Shown piece by piece: positions 34,044 to 46,000 of a DNA stretch of 64,000 nt; the stretch's first letter is position 1, and every line of letters begins with the position of its first letter. Both the position numbers and the translations under genes were made by a program. Under the pieces are notes generated by a model. The model saw only the letters and a program-made list of their open reading frames with translations, did no database searches and was not told the DNA's origin. The stretch covers positions 2,976,001 through 3,040,000 of the forward strand of contig NC_135903.1 in assembly GCF_964194155.1 (NCBI RefSeq), read 5' to 3'. Source of the stretch: Cetorhinus maximus. Its lineage: Eukaryota.

Positions 34044-37000
34044 GTATGGAAAAATCTACCCTTTTTAAACAAGGTACATAGCATTACTTTTAAAGTGTGT
34101 GTCAAAGACGTTTAACTCCTGCCTGACTTGCTGCTGAAGTAACCCTGAGGTAAACCTATTGGAAATAATTGCATTTTCAAAGCACCATTTTGACACAGGC
34201 AATTGCAATATATGTGTTTTAATAACACGCCTTTAAACTGGGGCTTGCTGTATAACGCGATAAGATAACCTGATTGTGCATAAGTAAATGACTGGGTCAG
34301 ATGAGAATTAATATCTTCAATTTGCTGTAATTTAAACTGTGGTCTCTATGGTTACAGTTCCTCGATATCTGCGTACAAACGTTACGAGATGTGTTGGCCT
34401 ACATCAGTATTATCTGTTCCAAATTTTCGCATTACAACTGCTACTTAAACAGTTGGCTGTATACTTATTTATGAGATAACTACACTGTATTTTGCCGGCG
34501 GGATCAGCTATTAATAGAGACTTCACATTTTATACTTCGCAGAGTAATTTGTGTTCTTTTGACTGACGTTTCTGTGTTAGTGTTACTGGGATATTATTGG
34601 AGTGCAGTGTCTTTCCTCCACGGTTGATCCTGTTTCTTCCTTATTTTGAACTGTGCAATGTAATTGATGCTGTGTTTTTAGGACCGTGACAGCTCGCTGC
34701 CAGTGTTACTGGGATGTGACTGTAGGGAGTCCTGTTTTTCCCTTGTTGATTTTCCCAAGTCCCATAAAGTAGGTCACAGTCTGAGTGAGGTGCAAGTTAT
34801 TTTGCAGAAACTCACATGGACGTTGCTCCCTAGCCATGTGCACCTTGTGTATGTGCTCCTCCTCTTCCCGCCCATTCAATCACAATTATACATAGAATGG
34901 GGAGAGATCTCATAAGTCTGACCAGATACTGACGTAATGTCCAACTAAAGAGAAGGGGACACAGAGATGTTCGCTTCACTCTCTGAAAAGATGCATTGCT
35001 CTGAGTGTATCTCTGAGGTTTGTGATCCATTTATTCCTGCTAGTGCAGCAATTGAGAAGTATTGAACATATGGAGCAGGGCATGAATTTTCATTAAACTA
35101 TTAGATACCTTGAAAAAAAATAAGGTCAAAGAAAGTAATCCATTGCATTTGGGGTTCACATTGTGGAATTTGATTAAATTGACACGCTTTTAAACTTGCG
35201 GAACACAGGAAGTAAATTAAAACTTATTTTCTCCACAGCTTTGCAGAGATCTTGACAAATTAGTTCAGGGCATTCATGGAAATCAAATTTTCAATTAGCT
35301 TGCTCGTTGCTAGAAAAAAAAAATCAGGCTTAAGTGGAATTTATTTACCAAGCCCATTGGGTTAGGTAATATTTTATAACTTTTAAAAATATATTTATAT
35401 ACTTTACAATATTCATATTTCCTTACTCTCCGAAAACAAGCAAGACTCCATTGACTCAATGCGTCACCCCCTCCCCTCCCAGTCTGAACTTGCTGTCCAC
35501 CAGGTGTGCAAAAAGGTGTTATCTGATCTGCTACCTAACACCACTTTGAACAGTTTCGGCTTTGGATCAGTTTCATTGGAGAAACAGGCACTGTCATTTC
35601 TTAAAAGACTTTTTTTTTTGGTGGTGGGTGGGGGGGAAAGAATAAGGCAAAATTCCAGTGGAGAAAAAGAAAACTTCAATCTTAATTATTCAAATGTTTA
35701 AATTATTTAAAAAAAAATCACTTTGTGTTTTGTGGGATTTCATTACATTACAATCCAATGCGATGGGAGGTGTTGCTCTGAGCCTGAGCCTGGCTGGAGG
35801 CGGAATGTGGTCTTATTGCGCCGCACTGCACCTCGGCTCGACCCACGTATTTTTTAAAGCACAAGGAAGATGTTTGTGAGCCCGGCGCCTGGATAGTTAA
35901 CCGCATTGTCAGGGAACGTGTTTTGCTGGAGAGGAGGGGAGGGGAGGTGGGGGGGACAGCCTGTGATGCAGCAACAATCCAGGTCAGGAGGCGGGGAATG
36001 TGCTTTGCCAGTGTTATTTCCAGCGCTCGGCGTTTCAGGCTCTTAACCTTCCCCCGGTTGGAATGTGTGTCTACGCCCCGCGGTTGTTGGGCGGGGGGGT
36101 GTGTGTGGGGGGGGGGGGACTCGATATGTCGGGCGGCAGATTCTGAAACAGCAGCGGAGTCAAAAAAAGAATCTAGGTCAAGAGAGGGAGAGAGAGAGGG
36201 AGGGAGCTTCCACTCTGCTCTGGGTTTACACTCAGTCATCCCCTAATCTGGCTACTTAAAGGATGTTTTTGTTCCTGCTCCGGGGAGGATGTCTTGTCTT
36301 GTTGGGGAGTTTAGATGTGGAGGGGGGGGGGGGAATTCAGAGACTCTCCCTCCCTCCCTCCAGTTTGAAATCACACCCACGTACATTTCCTGGAAGAGTA
36401 CACGTGATGGCTGTTTTAGCAACATCTGTCAAAGGGGGAGGTGACCCAGCTCTATTGCCCTCCCCTCCCTCCCTCCCTCTCTCCCTCCCTCCCTCCCTCT
36501 CTCCATTCGCCCAAACACGTGCATTCTGCAGGCGGGGTGGTCCCGTTGCCGGGACACGCGAGTTGCGGCCAACACGTGGATCAGCCCGTGACTCAACCCC
36601 CACCAAATTCTATTAATATCCAGGCCTCAGGAATAACCTTCATTCACTGGGTGTTGGGAAGCGCCGTCTGATGTTTTGCTTCGCTTCTCCAGCGCGTCCG
36701 GCTGGGCTGAGAACTGGGAACTGAAGTGAAATAAACACAGGGGCTAAATTTGGGTTACAGCAGTTTGCTGCAGCCCTGCAGCCCTGGACCGTGTCACTTG
36801 ATTTGCACATCAACACCCCCCCCACCCCCCTCTCTCCCCACCCCCCCCACCCCAGGTTTGGTGGTGGGGGCATAACATTTAATTATTAATAGGCGATCCA
36901 AAACGTTAGGAAGACTGACATTACATTGGGTGCCCCGATTTCCCACAGCCTCATCCCCCCCACCCCCCGCCCCCAATTTGTAAGCATTTTCCATTACTTT

Positions 37001-40000
37001 TCTGTCAATCAACTTTGGGGTGGATTTTGTGCCATTGAGGACGAGAGATACCAGTGTCAGGAATCGAATAGTTTCACCCTGTTAACACCCTGTTGCTGCA
37101 TTATGGATTGCCATGTGGGGTGAAATACAGATTACAATAAGGTGTAAAAGCAACAACTGGAGTGCTTTTGAGGAGCAGTTGACTTCAGAGGAAGAAAAGC
37201 GTTCTTATGCAGTGACTCCCACTGGCAGGAATGATATTGGTTTAAAATGGGCTTGGCCATGACTGTGATGCCCCTTGTGGTCAAATAGCTGACTGACACT
37301 CCTATTTTAGCTCACCTTTGACTATGTAGACAAGGTAGCAGAGGGCTGTTTGCACCCATGGAACCATAATTCAGCACAGGATTAGCACCTATAGCAGCAG
37401 AGGAAGAACAGCTGTCCTCACTGTTCCTCATAACATTAATGATATTGAAAACATGAAGAATCTTTTCACCCAGAGGGTGGTTGGAATCTGGAACGCACTG
37501 CCCGAGGCGGTGGTAGAGGCAGGAACCCTCACAACATTTAAGAACTATTTAGATGAGCACTTGAAATGCCATAGCATTTGGGGCTAGGAGCCAAGCGCTG
37601 GAAAATGGGATTAGAATAGATAGGTGCTTGATGGCTGGCATGGACACGATGGGCCAAAGGGCCTGTTTCTGTGCTGCATAACTCTATGACTCTATGACTC
37701 TGACTAGCTGTTCTCATAGCCTTTGAGTGCTGTTGATCAATCAGTGTAATGCACACTTTTGTGCTATGGCCCTAACTCAGTAGGAATGGGATTGATATTG
37801 TCCAAAGTCATTTCTCTGGACAATATGGCGCTCAAAGGTTTGAATTCAGTTAATCTGGAATGGGTTTAGTCAAAGGTAAAATGGTGATTTCCACAGGCCA
37901 TTTTCTGACTGGTGCAGGGTGGTTTGGGTGGGGTTTTACTCAGGGTGGTGGCCAATTGTCTGATCTATTTACCCTGGCTCTTGGTTCAAAGCTGTAGCCA
38001 ATTTAACCTGTTTTAAGGTGCGATGCAGCTGTGATATTGGCATATGGGAAGCTATGGATACAAATCTGTTCATACCAGTGTGAATCTCCCCATTCACCTC
38101 AAAACACAACAGGAGGCATTTCTTTTTACTATTAAGGTCCCTGAATACTGAACTCTTTTGATGACCATTACATGACCATGTAAAAAGAAAAGATAGTTTT
38201 TAAAAATTCTTTCATCGGATGTGGGCATCACTCATCCATAATTTGCCCTTGAACTGAGTGGCTTGCCAGGCCATCTCAAAAGGTCAGTTAAGAGTCAACC
38301 TGGAGTCACATTGTAGGCCAGACCAGGTAAGGATGGCAGATTTCCTTCCAAAAAGGTTTTTATGACAATTGATAGTTTCATGGTCATCAATACTAGCTTT
38401 CAATCCCAGATTTATTAATTGAATTTAAGTTCCACCAGCTACTATGGTGGGATTTGAACCCATACCCCCCCAGAGCATTTGCCTGGGCCTTGTTGGATTA
38501 CTAAACCAGTGACATTACCACTGCACCACCACCACCTACCCAACAGAACAGTCAACCCCATAAAAGCAACAATTTACATTAAAGGCACAATATAAATGTA
38601 GTAAAATAGTTATTAAACAAAATTTGGCAGCGAGCCACATTTAAGGTCAGATGACCAAAAGCTTAGTCAAAGAGGTAGGTTTTAAGGAGTGCCTTAAAGG
38701 AGGAAAGAGCTACTGAGAGGTGGTTTAGGAAGGGAATTCCAGAGCTTAAGGGCTTAGGCAGCTTACGGCACAGTCGTCAATGCGGTTAGAATCAAAAAAT
38801 GTAGGGCTGGAGGAGGTTATGGATGTAGCAAGGGGGCGAGACTGTTGACGGATATGAAAGCAACAATGCAAATTTTAAAATTGAGGCGTTGCCAGACAGG
38901 GAACCAATGTAGGTCACAGAGCACAGGTATGATGGATGAAGGGGATTTGGTGAGAGTTGGAATGTAGGCAGCAGAGTTTGGATAAGTTCAGGTTTGGGGA
39001 GGGTGCACGGTCGGAGGTCATTGGAATAGTTGGATCTTGGAGGTAACAAAGGCATTGGATGAGATTTTTAGCAGCAGATGCATTGAGTTTTGCACAAACC
39101 TCAGATACCCACGTTTGCAGCCAAACCCAGTTTTATGGTGTGTCCTATAAAGTGTTTTGCTGCACTTTTTTGTTTTGAGGCAAATGAGCCTCAAACAGTT
39201 GGCAGCAGTCCCAATGGTGAAACTGTAAACATGTAAGCCTTGGCACTGCCAAGCATAATAAAACTCCAGCTCAGTCACAGGGTTCCTGAGTGATAATATT
39301 GTGATTCAGGCTGGAATGTTGCAATAATGACAGAGATCAGCAGAATCCTACAATGGTACATGGGGGAGTGGGGGGAGGGTGCCTAAAACCCCACCAGTCA
39401 ACAGAAAACACCAGGCAGGCTAGGCAGCACCTGCGGACTAACAAGTCAGGTCTGAAACGTTAATTTACTGATTTCTGTTTCTCAGATTTTACTTGACCTG
39501 TTAAATAATTGCAGCTTTTCCTGTTTTTGTTTTCTGATTTCCAGTATCTGCAGTATATCTGAGTCAATACTGATTTTATTTTTCTTCAGTTTAGACAGAA
39601 TAATAACAGGACGCTGTTTAGACAGAGATGACTGTAACAAGGACATTCTGATAGTTCAGTTCGGTGCTTTTTCGTTGGGTTGACTTAAAAACAAAAGCTG
39701 TAAACTTGACACCACAGTTGATTTGATTGCCAATACACTCCCATTCAATGAAGGGAGTATTCATGTGAATTCTTGTTCTGTGCTGTTTTTCCTGGGGGCA
39801 AGTTTCAGTGTTCCTGCCCTTTCTTCAATGAATGGAAGTCTGTTGTGATTTCCAATTTTCTTTTGGCCTACTTTTGTTCTTCTCCCTTCCCCTGGGGGTG
39901 TTGACTCTTCAGTGGGGTATAGTTCCCCAGACGTGGGGAATTCTGTGATCTCTTGCCCACATTGGCTGTGATTTGGTGCTTTAATGTTTTTTAGTGCTTC

Positions 40001-43000
40001 TGAAGTTCAGGTCCCGGAACATCAGCATCTGTTCGCTGGCTCTCTGCCCTTATACAGCCAGTTTCATGGACCTACAAAGATACTTTAATGGTGTTAAGGG
40101 AGGCAGCTTTAATAGTGTAAGCATGGTTAATGTGGATTCTTGTGAACCAAACTACAGGAGCACTAAGTGTAAACTTGTGTGAGCCTGTACCCTGTGTGGT
40201 AGAAGGCTATTCAGTCAGTGGAGGCATCACAGATGAGCCTGATACCATCCTTATTTGATGGCCAGCATATGAAATATGGCAGATTTTCTTTTCTCTAACC
40301 TATTAGAGTTGAGCCATTGGGGAAGTACTGTCGTGTTTTAAAAACTCTTAACTCCATGAACTGCATTTTTATCTTCCTATTCCCCTGTTACAGGTGGAGT
40401 GATCACCTATATTGGACCAAACAGTACCTCTTCGAGTCCAGTACTGCTGTACAGTGATAACTCCAATAGTAGTTTCCAGTCTGTGTCCCAGTCATGTTCC
40501 CCTTTACCACCGTCACCCAACAGCTCTGGCTCCCAGGACGGCAAACACTACAGAAGTAACTCGTCAGGATCCGGAGAGGATTGTCCAACCACTGGGCCCT
40601 TCAGCAACCTGAAGCTTTCCACAGATGATGGAAACGCCATTTCCACCACAAAGAGTAGCTCTGGAATCACCAGTAAGTAATCCCAGTGTCTTTTTCTTCC
40701 TTCTGTTTGGCGTAATTGAGCGGAATGGCCCCTGTTTTTCCCTCAATAAAAAGTAACTCTTAATTTGACCAGACAATAATTAAGGAATAATATATTTTGG
40801 AGGCCCAAATGCTTTTTAAAGTTCTCCCAAACCCTTATCTCCAAAAGAAGCCTACCTCTTGAGTTGTGCTTTCAGTTTCCCTTTTATCTGTCCTGTCTGC
40901 TGCACAAGCTCCACTTCTCAGTCTGATAAAGTGCTCTGAGATAATCTTTGTCATGAAGGGTGTTGTACAATTGTAAGCTATTGTTTGGTTTATAATGCAA
41001 ATTGTTTAAAAATAAACTCAGGTTTATCAAGGAGAGGAACTGAAGGCTGAATTACTTCATTATGAACACTTTGCCTCTCCCAATACATCTTCTGAAATAG
41101 AATTTTAAAATATTCTTTGGAAAGCAATAATTTCTAAATTTCTCTAGTCTCAGAGAAGAATTTCCAAAATGTGTCCAGGGTCAGGAGATGACTTGTTGGA
41201 GATCCACCATCTTGTGTCTTCCTACTGGAAAGGAATGCCTAGGGCAGGGGTAGAGCGTGCTGCTCCTTGTTTAACACAATAGGATCTATCCAGAATGATT
41301 CACTGTAGACAGGATCCCAAGGGTCAGCTGGGAGACTTGATGATGGTGTTGGATTTCCAACTCTTGACAATTTGGAAAATTATCTTCCAAACATCTGTAG
41401 GATGAGTAATTTAGTTTGGAAGCCCATCTCCCTATCAGGAGAGACGAATTAATATGCATAACTTATTATGTTATTAAGTTAACTGAAGCTGAAGCAGCCA
41501 GTATTAATGACCGTTTCTTGAATCAATATTAATTCATTTCCATTATCTGACGGTGATGTGTGGACTCAAAGGTAGAATGGCTGATTATTTACCAGGGAAA
41601 TCTTCTCTTTCTTACCCTCAATTACATTCCCATCTCACCAGCAGATGCTGATTTATGCTGGGCACTCTTCCAATGTTGCTGGTCTCATTCTGTACCTTGC
41701 CCAAGATTTCATTTTTAAGTATATAAGCCTAGAATGCAAGGTTTGGCAAGCCAGTTGATCGTGGAGGGGTGGGAACTGCGTCCTGCTCATGCATTTTCCA
41801 GTAGAGGTCACTGGGTAGCAATCAGGAAAAGAAAATTCTGGTTTCCTTAATCTAGGAGTCATTGTGACTAATTGTAATAACCCTACAGCCAGTCCACCAG
41901 ATCAGTTAACACAGACTAAGGACTCAAACCTGGCCCTCACTCTTGGCCCATCTGGCCAAGTTCCATATTGTGCCAGGACAGTGAAGTCACATCTTCATTG
42001 CGGGCTCATGTTCTCTTATTGACACTGCTTAAAGCCGATACTAAAGACATTGGCAATTGACAGTTCTCTAAAGATGAATATGTAATAAGCTGTTTACGTT
42101 TTGATGAAACCTCTCATCATTTCTATTTGTCCCCCTTCATCTAGAAATCAGTGGAATGATTCTGCTGTGTAAAGTGTGTGGGGATGTAGCCTCTGGTTTC
42201 CACTATGGAGTGCATGCCTGTGAAGGTTGCAAGGTAAGTTACACCCACTTGTATAGGAGAAGACCACATCCACATGTGCAACTAATGTAAATGCATGCAT
42301 ATGCACAGACACGGCCTGTGGATACACGTGAACACAATATGCTTTCTAATGGCTTAGTTAGCAAAGATACTATGTGAGACATTACTCTGCCATTCAAATA
42401 AATTTATAGCTTTAATTTGACCTCAGCTGGGGTAGGACATTGCTATTGGTTTCATGGTCCCTCAGACAAAGAAAGAGTGAAGTTGCCGGAGTTCCCATTC
42501 CTACTCGTGATCCACAGAACACTACTGAAAAGTATTCACGTGGAGAAGTAAGGCGAGGACAGGATTGGTCACTCTTGTGTGATTCCTCACGTGACAGCAA
42601 TAACTTGTATTTATATAGCACCTTTAACATAATAAAACATTCCTAGGTGCTTCACAGGAGCATTATAAAACAAAGTTAGACACTGAGCCACATAAGGAGA
42701 TATTAGGTAAAATGGCCAAAAGCTTGGTCAAAGGGGTAAGGTTTTTAGGAGTGTCTTAGAGGAGGAGTCGGAGAGGCGTAGGGAGGAAATTCCAGAGCAT
42801 ATGGCCTAGCCCTAGACAGCTGAAGACATGGTCACCAATAATAGAGCGATCAAAACTGGGGATGCTCAGATGCTAGAATTAGAGGAGTGCATATATCTCA
42901 GAGGGTTGTGGGACTGGAGGCTGAAGGTTACAGAGATAGGGAGGGTTGAGATCATGGAAGGATTTGAATTTTAAAATCAAGACGTTGTTTGACCGAGAGT

Positions 43001-46000
43001 CTATGTAGGTCAGCAAGCATAGAGGTGATAGGGAAATGGGATACAAGTGAATAGCCTGGTTTTTTTTTTGCATGGGATGTAGGTGTTAGTGAACCAGGTA
43101 GCTATTTACAACAATTGATGATGGTTGTCATGGTCACCATTACTGAGACTAGCTTTACATTCCAGATTTATTAATTGAATTCAGATTCTACCAATTGTTG
43201 TGGTGAGACATGAACCCATGACCCAAGAGCATTAGCCTGACCCTCTAGTCTAGTGACTGCTGTGATGCTTTCATTGTCTTTAAAACCCAGGTGTGCTGCC
43301 ACTTAACCAGAGCTTCTTGGATTGATTTGTCTTCCCCCTTGCTCTTGCAAACCTTGTTGGCGTCCTGCAATTTGGGCATTGGCCCTTCACCAAGGTTTCT
43401 TACTAAAAGTAGCGTCTGTATTTGTTGCCTAGTCAGATAAATGTGTCATCTTTGTTGATGCTGTCTCACACAGTATTTTACCTCGTTGCAGGGCTTCTTC
43501 AGGAGGAGCATTCAGCAGAACATCCAATACAAGAAGTGCCTCAAGAACGAGAACTGCACCATCATGCGAATCAACAGGAATCGTTGTCAGCAATGCCGCT
43601 TTAAGAAGTGTCTTGCTGTTGGCATGTCCAGAGATGGTGAGTCATTTTTTCTTCCTCCTGTTTCCCCTTTAATGGAGCTGAAGGATGAGTGGTGAGAAAG
43701 CAATACCTTGACGAGAGTAGCCAAACATTTGATTTGCAAATATAACTTTTTAATAGTATGATTGCCTTTCCATTACAATTGCTTACCTGCACTTTTTGCC
43801 TCCATGTTGAGAAGCACGTTGAGAATACCCTATGATGGTCTCAAGCAAAGCTGATAGCAATTATTCTTATTGACTCCTTTCAGGCAGTGCAGTTCACCGC
43901 TTGATTGTATCTAGTGTCCCATCTAATGGACTGGATGAATATCTGTGTGTCGTGTGGTGTTGGGATGGCTTAAATGTGCCATGTGTTTTGAACAGGAAAC
44001 AAGTTGAATTAAGGGTAACATGTTACCTTTTTCTTATAGCGGTGCGTTTTGGGCGCATTCCAAAGCGAGAGAAGCAGCGAATGTTGGCAGAAATGCAAAG
44101 TGCCATGAATAATATGGTGAACAACCAGCTGAATGGAGAGCTACAGAATGAAATCCAGCCCCAGCAGCAAAACTGGCAACACCAGCCTCCTCTGGCAGCT
44201 CCTGTGCAACCACCACAGCAGGAGCAGTCTTCCCCCAGCCTCCATCCCCAGCAGCAACACAGCTCACAGCAGTTATACTGTCCCAGCACTGAAGCCTCCA
44301 TGGAAGAAGTCATCTACTCCATTTCCAGGGCACACAAAGAGACCTTTACCTATGCCCATGACAAGTTAAAGCAAACGACTGCAGCCTGCCGACACAACAT
44401 CGAGTTGATGAACCACAATGCCAATTGCTGCCTGAATGGGTACCACATCAATGGAATGAACACCATCTATCATCAGGAGAACAACATCTTCCACAAAACC
44501 AGTAACAGTGGACTGAAGAACATGTGTTATCCACCTTCCTTCTCAAACGGACACACTAATGGACACATCAGTGGACACTACCAAAATCAGACCAATGGAC
44601 ACAAATTACACACTAGGAACTCGTACAGTGCCAATGGCGAGATAGAGACTGACAATGGGAGGACCTGCCCATGGAAAGGAACAAACAGCGTCATTCTGGT
44701 ATGATATTGCCCAACTTATGTGTGATTTTGTGAAACATGGTGGGCATTTGAACAGATTTCTCTGAGCAGAAGCCCCGTTAAATATGTTTGTAGATAATAA
44801 ATGGTTTTTCAATGAAATACTAATAAACAAAGTACTTGCATCCAATGCAAACTTGAGATCTCCATGGAGACCTCATCATGTATACTAAAACAAAACATAA
44901 ATCTTGGGGATGTTTGGTTTAACAATGATAATATAAACAGGAATACTTCTATAAAGCTGGTCTTGAAATTTCTTATGGAGTTTCAAAAATAAATAATCCC
45001 ACAAGCCCCCCTTCTTTCATAGATTGATGTTATCTACTTCCCGATTTACATTTGCGCCTTATCCATTAATCCTTCACCAAAATACATCTATTTTTCTAAT
45101 GAACCATTTGATATTGCCTCCTTCAGTTATCTTTCCTCTTAAAGGACCAAAATCCTGTGCTCCTATTCTGCTTAAAAAAAACCTAAACAATTATGTTTAT
45201 ACTGTATGATGAGTTTAAGAAGGAGCCTGATGTTGTCAGGAGAGGGCTTCACATCCATTTTGTGAAGCCTTGTTTCGATATTACATCTTATTTCTTCCTC
45301 TGCAACCCCCCCCCGCCCTTTAAATTATTTCCTGTAAAATAATTTCAATTTGTTCTATAATTATTTTAATGTAATTTTTAGCTTATTCACATAATTTCAT
45401 TTTATTCTTATTGGCCCAGTATGAGGAAAATACAAAGTCTTTATAAATGGCAATTCAGTGCTTTTGTTACAAATGATTGGATACAGTATGTCTCAGCAAT
45501 TGCCCTCTTAAACTTTGATGAACACTTGTCAGGTAGAACATCGATTTTCTGAAGCAAAAAGGTGGTTTGGGAGAAAAAAAGAGCTTTTATATAAGAGATT
45601 TTAGCATAATCATATAAACATTGACACTAAAGTGTAAAGTAAATTGCAAGGATGTTTGAATGTCATTCCTCTGTTATTTAAATCTTCTGGAATGTGCTGT
45701 TTCTCTATGCTGCCCAGTCAAAGAAGAATCCTTGCAAGGAACTGCAAGGGGTGCTACAGAGAACAACCTCCATTTTACTAATCATTCTTGAATGAACTAA
45801 CTTGCCCCTGGAGGGTGTTTGCATCAGATCAGTGGTAGAGCACTCACAGGGCTTGCTTTGCTTTTCTGAACGCTCCAAGCAGATTCCCATTGGTGACCAA
45901 TGCTCCCAGTAGCTTTGTGCTGTCAACTAGCCAACTAATAGGCAAAGAGCTTGGAGGAAGAGTATCCCAGCACTGAGAAACAGAACACAACGCTCATGGT

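Noticed and set aside
37245-42600. Ancient SINE-like relics (about 37245-37410, 39870-40320, 41700-41930, 42385-42595)
   Set aside because: Mutual similarity is visible but too decayed to define boundaries or family by eye
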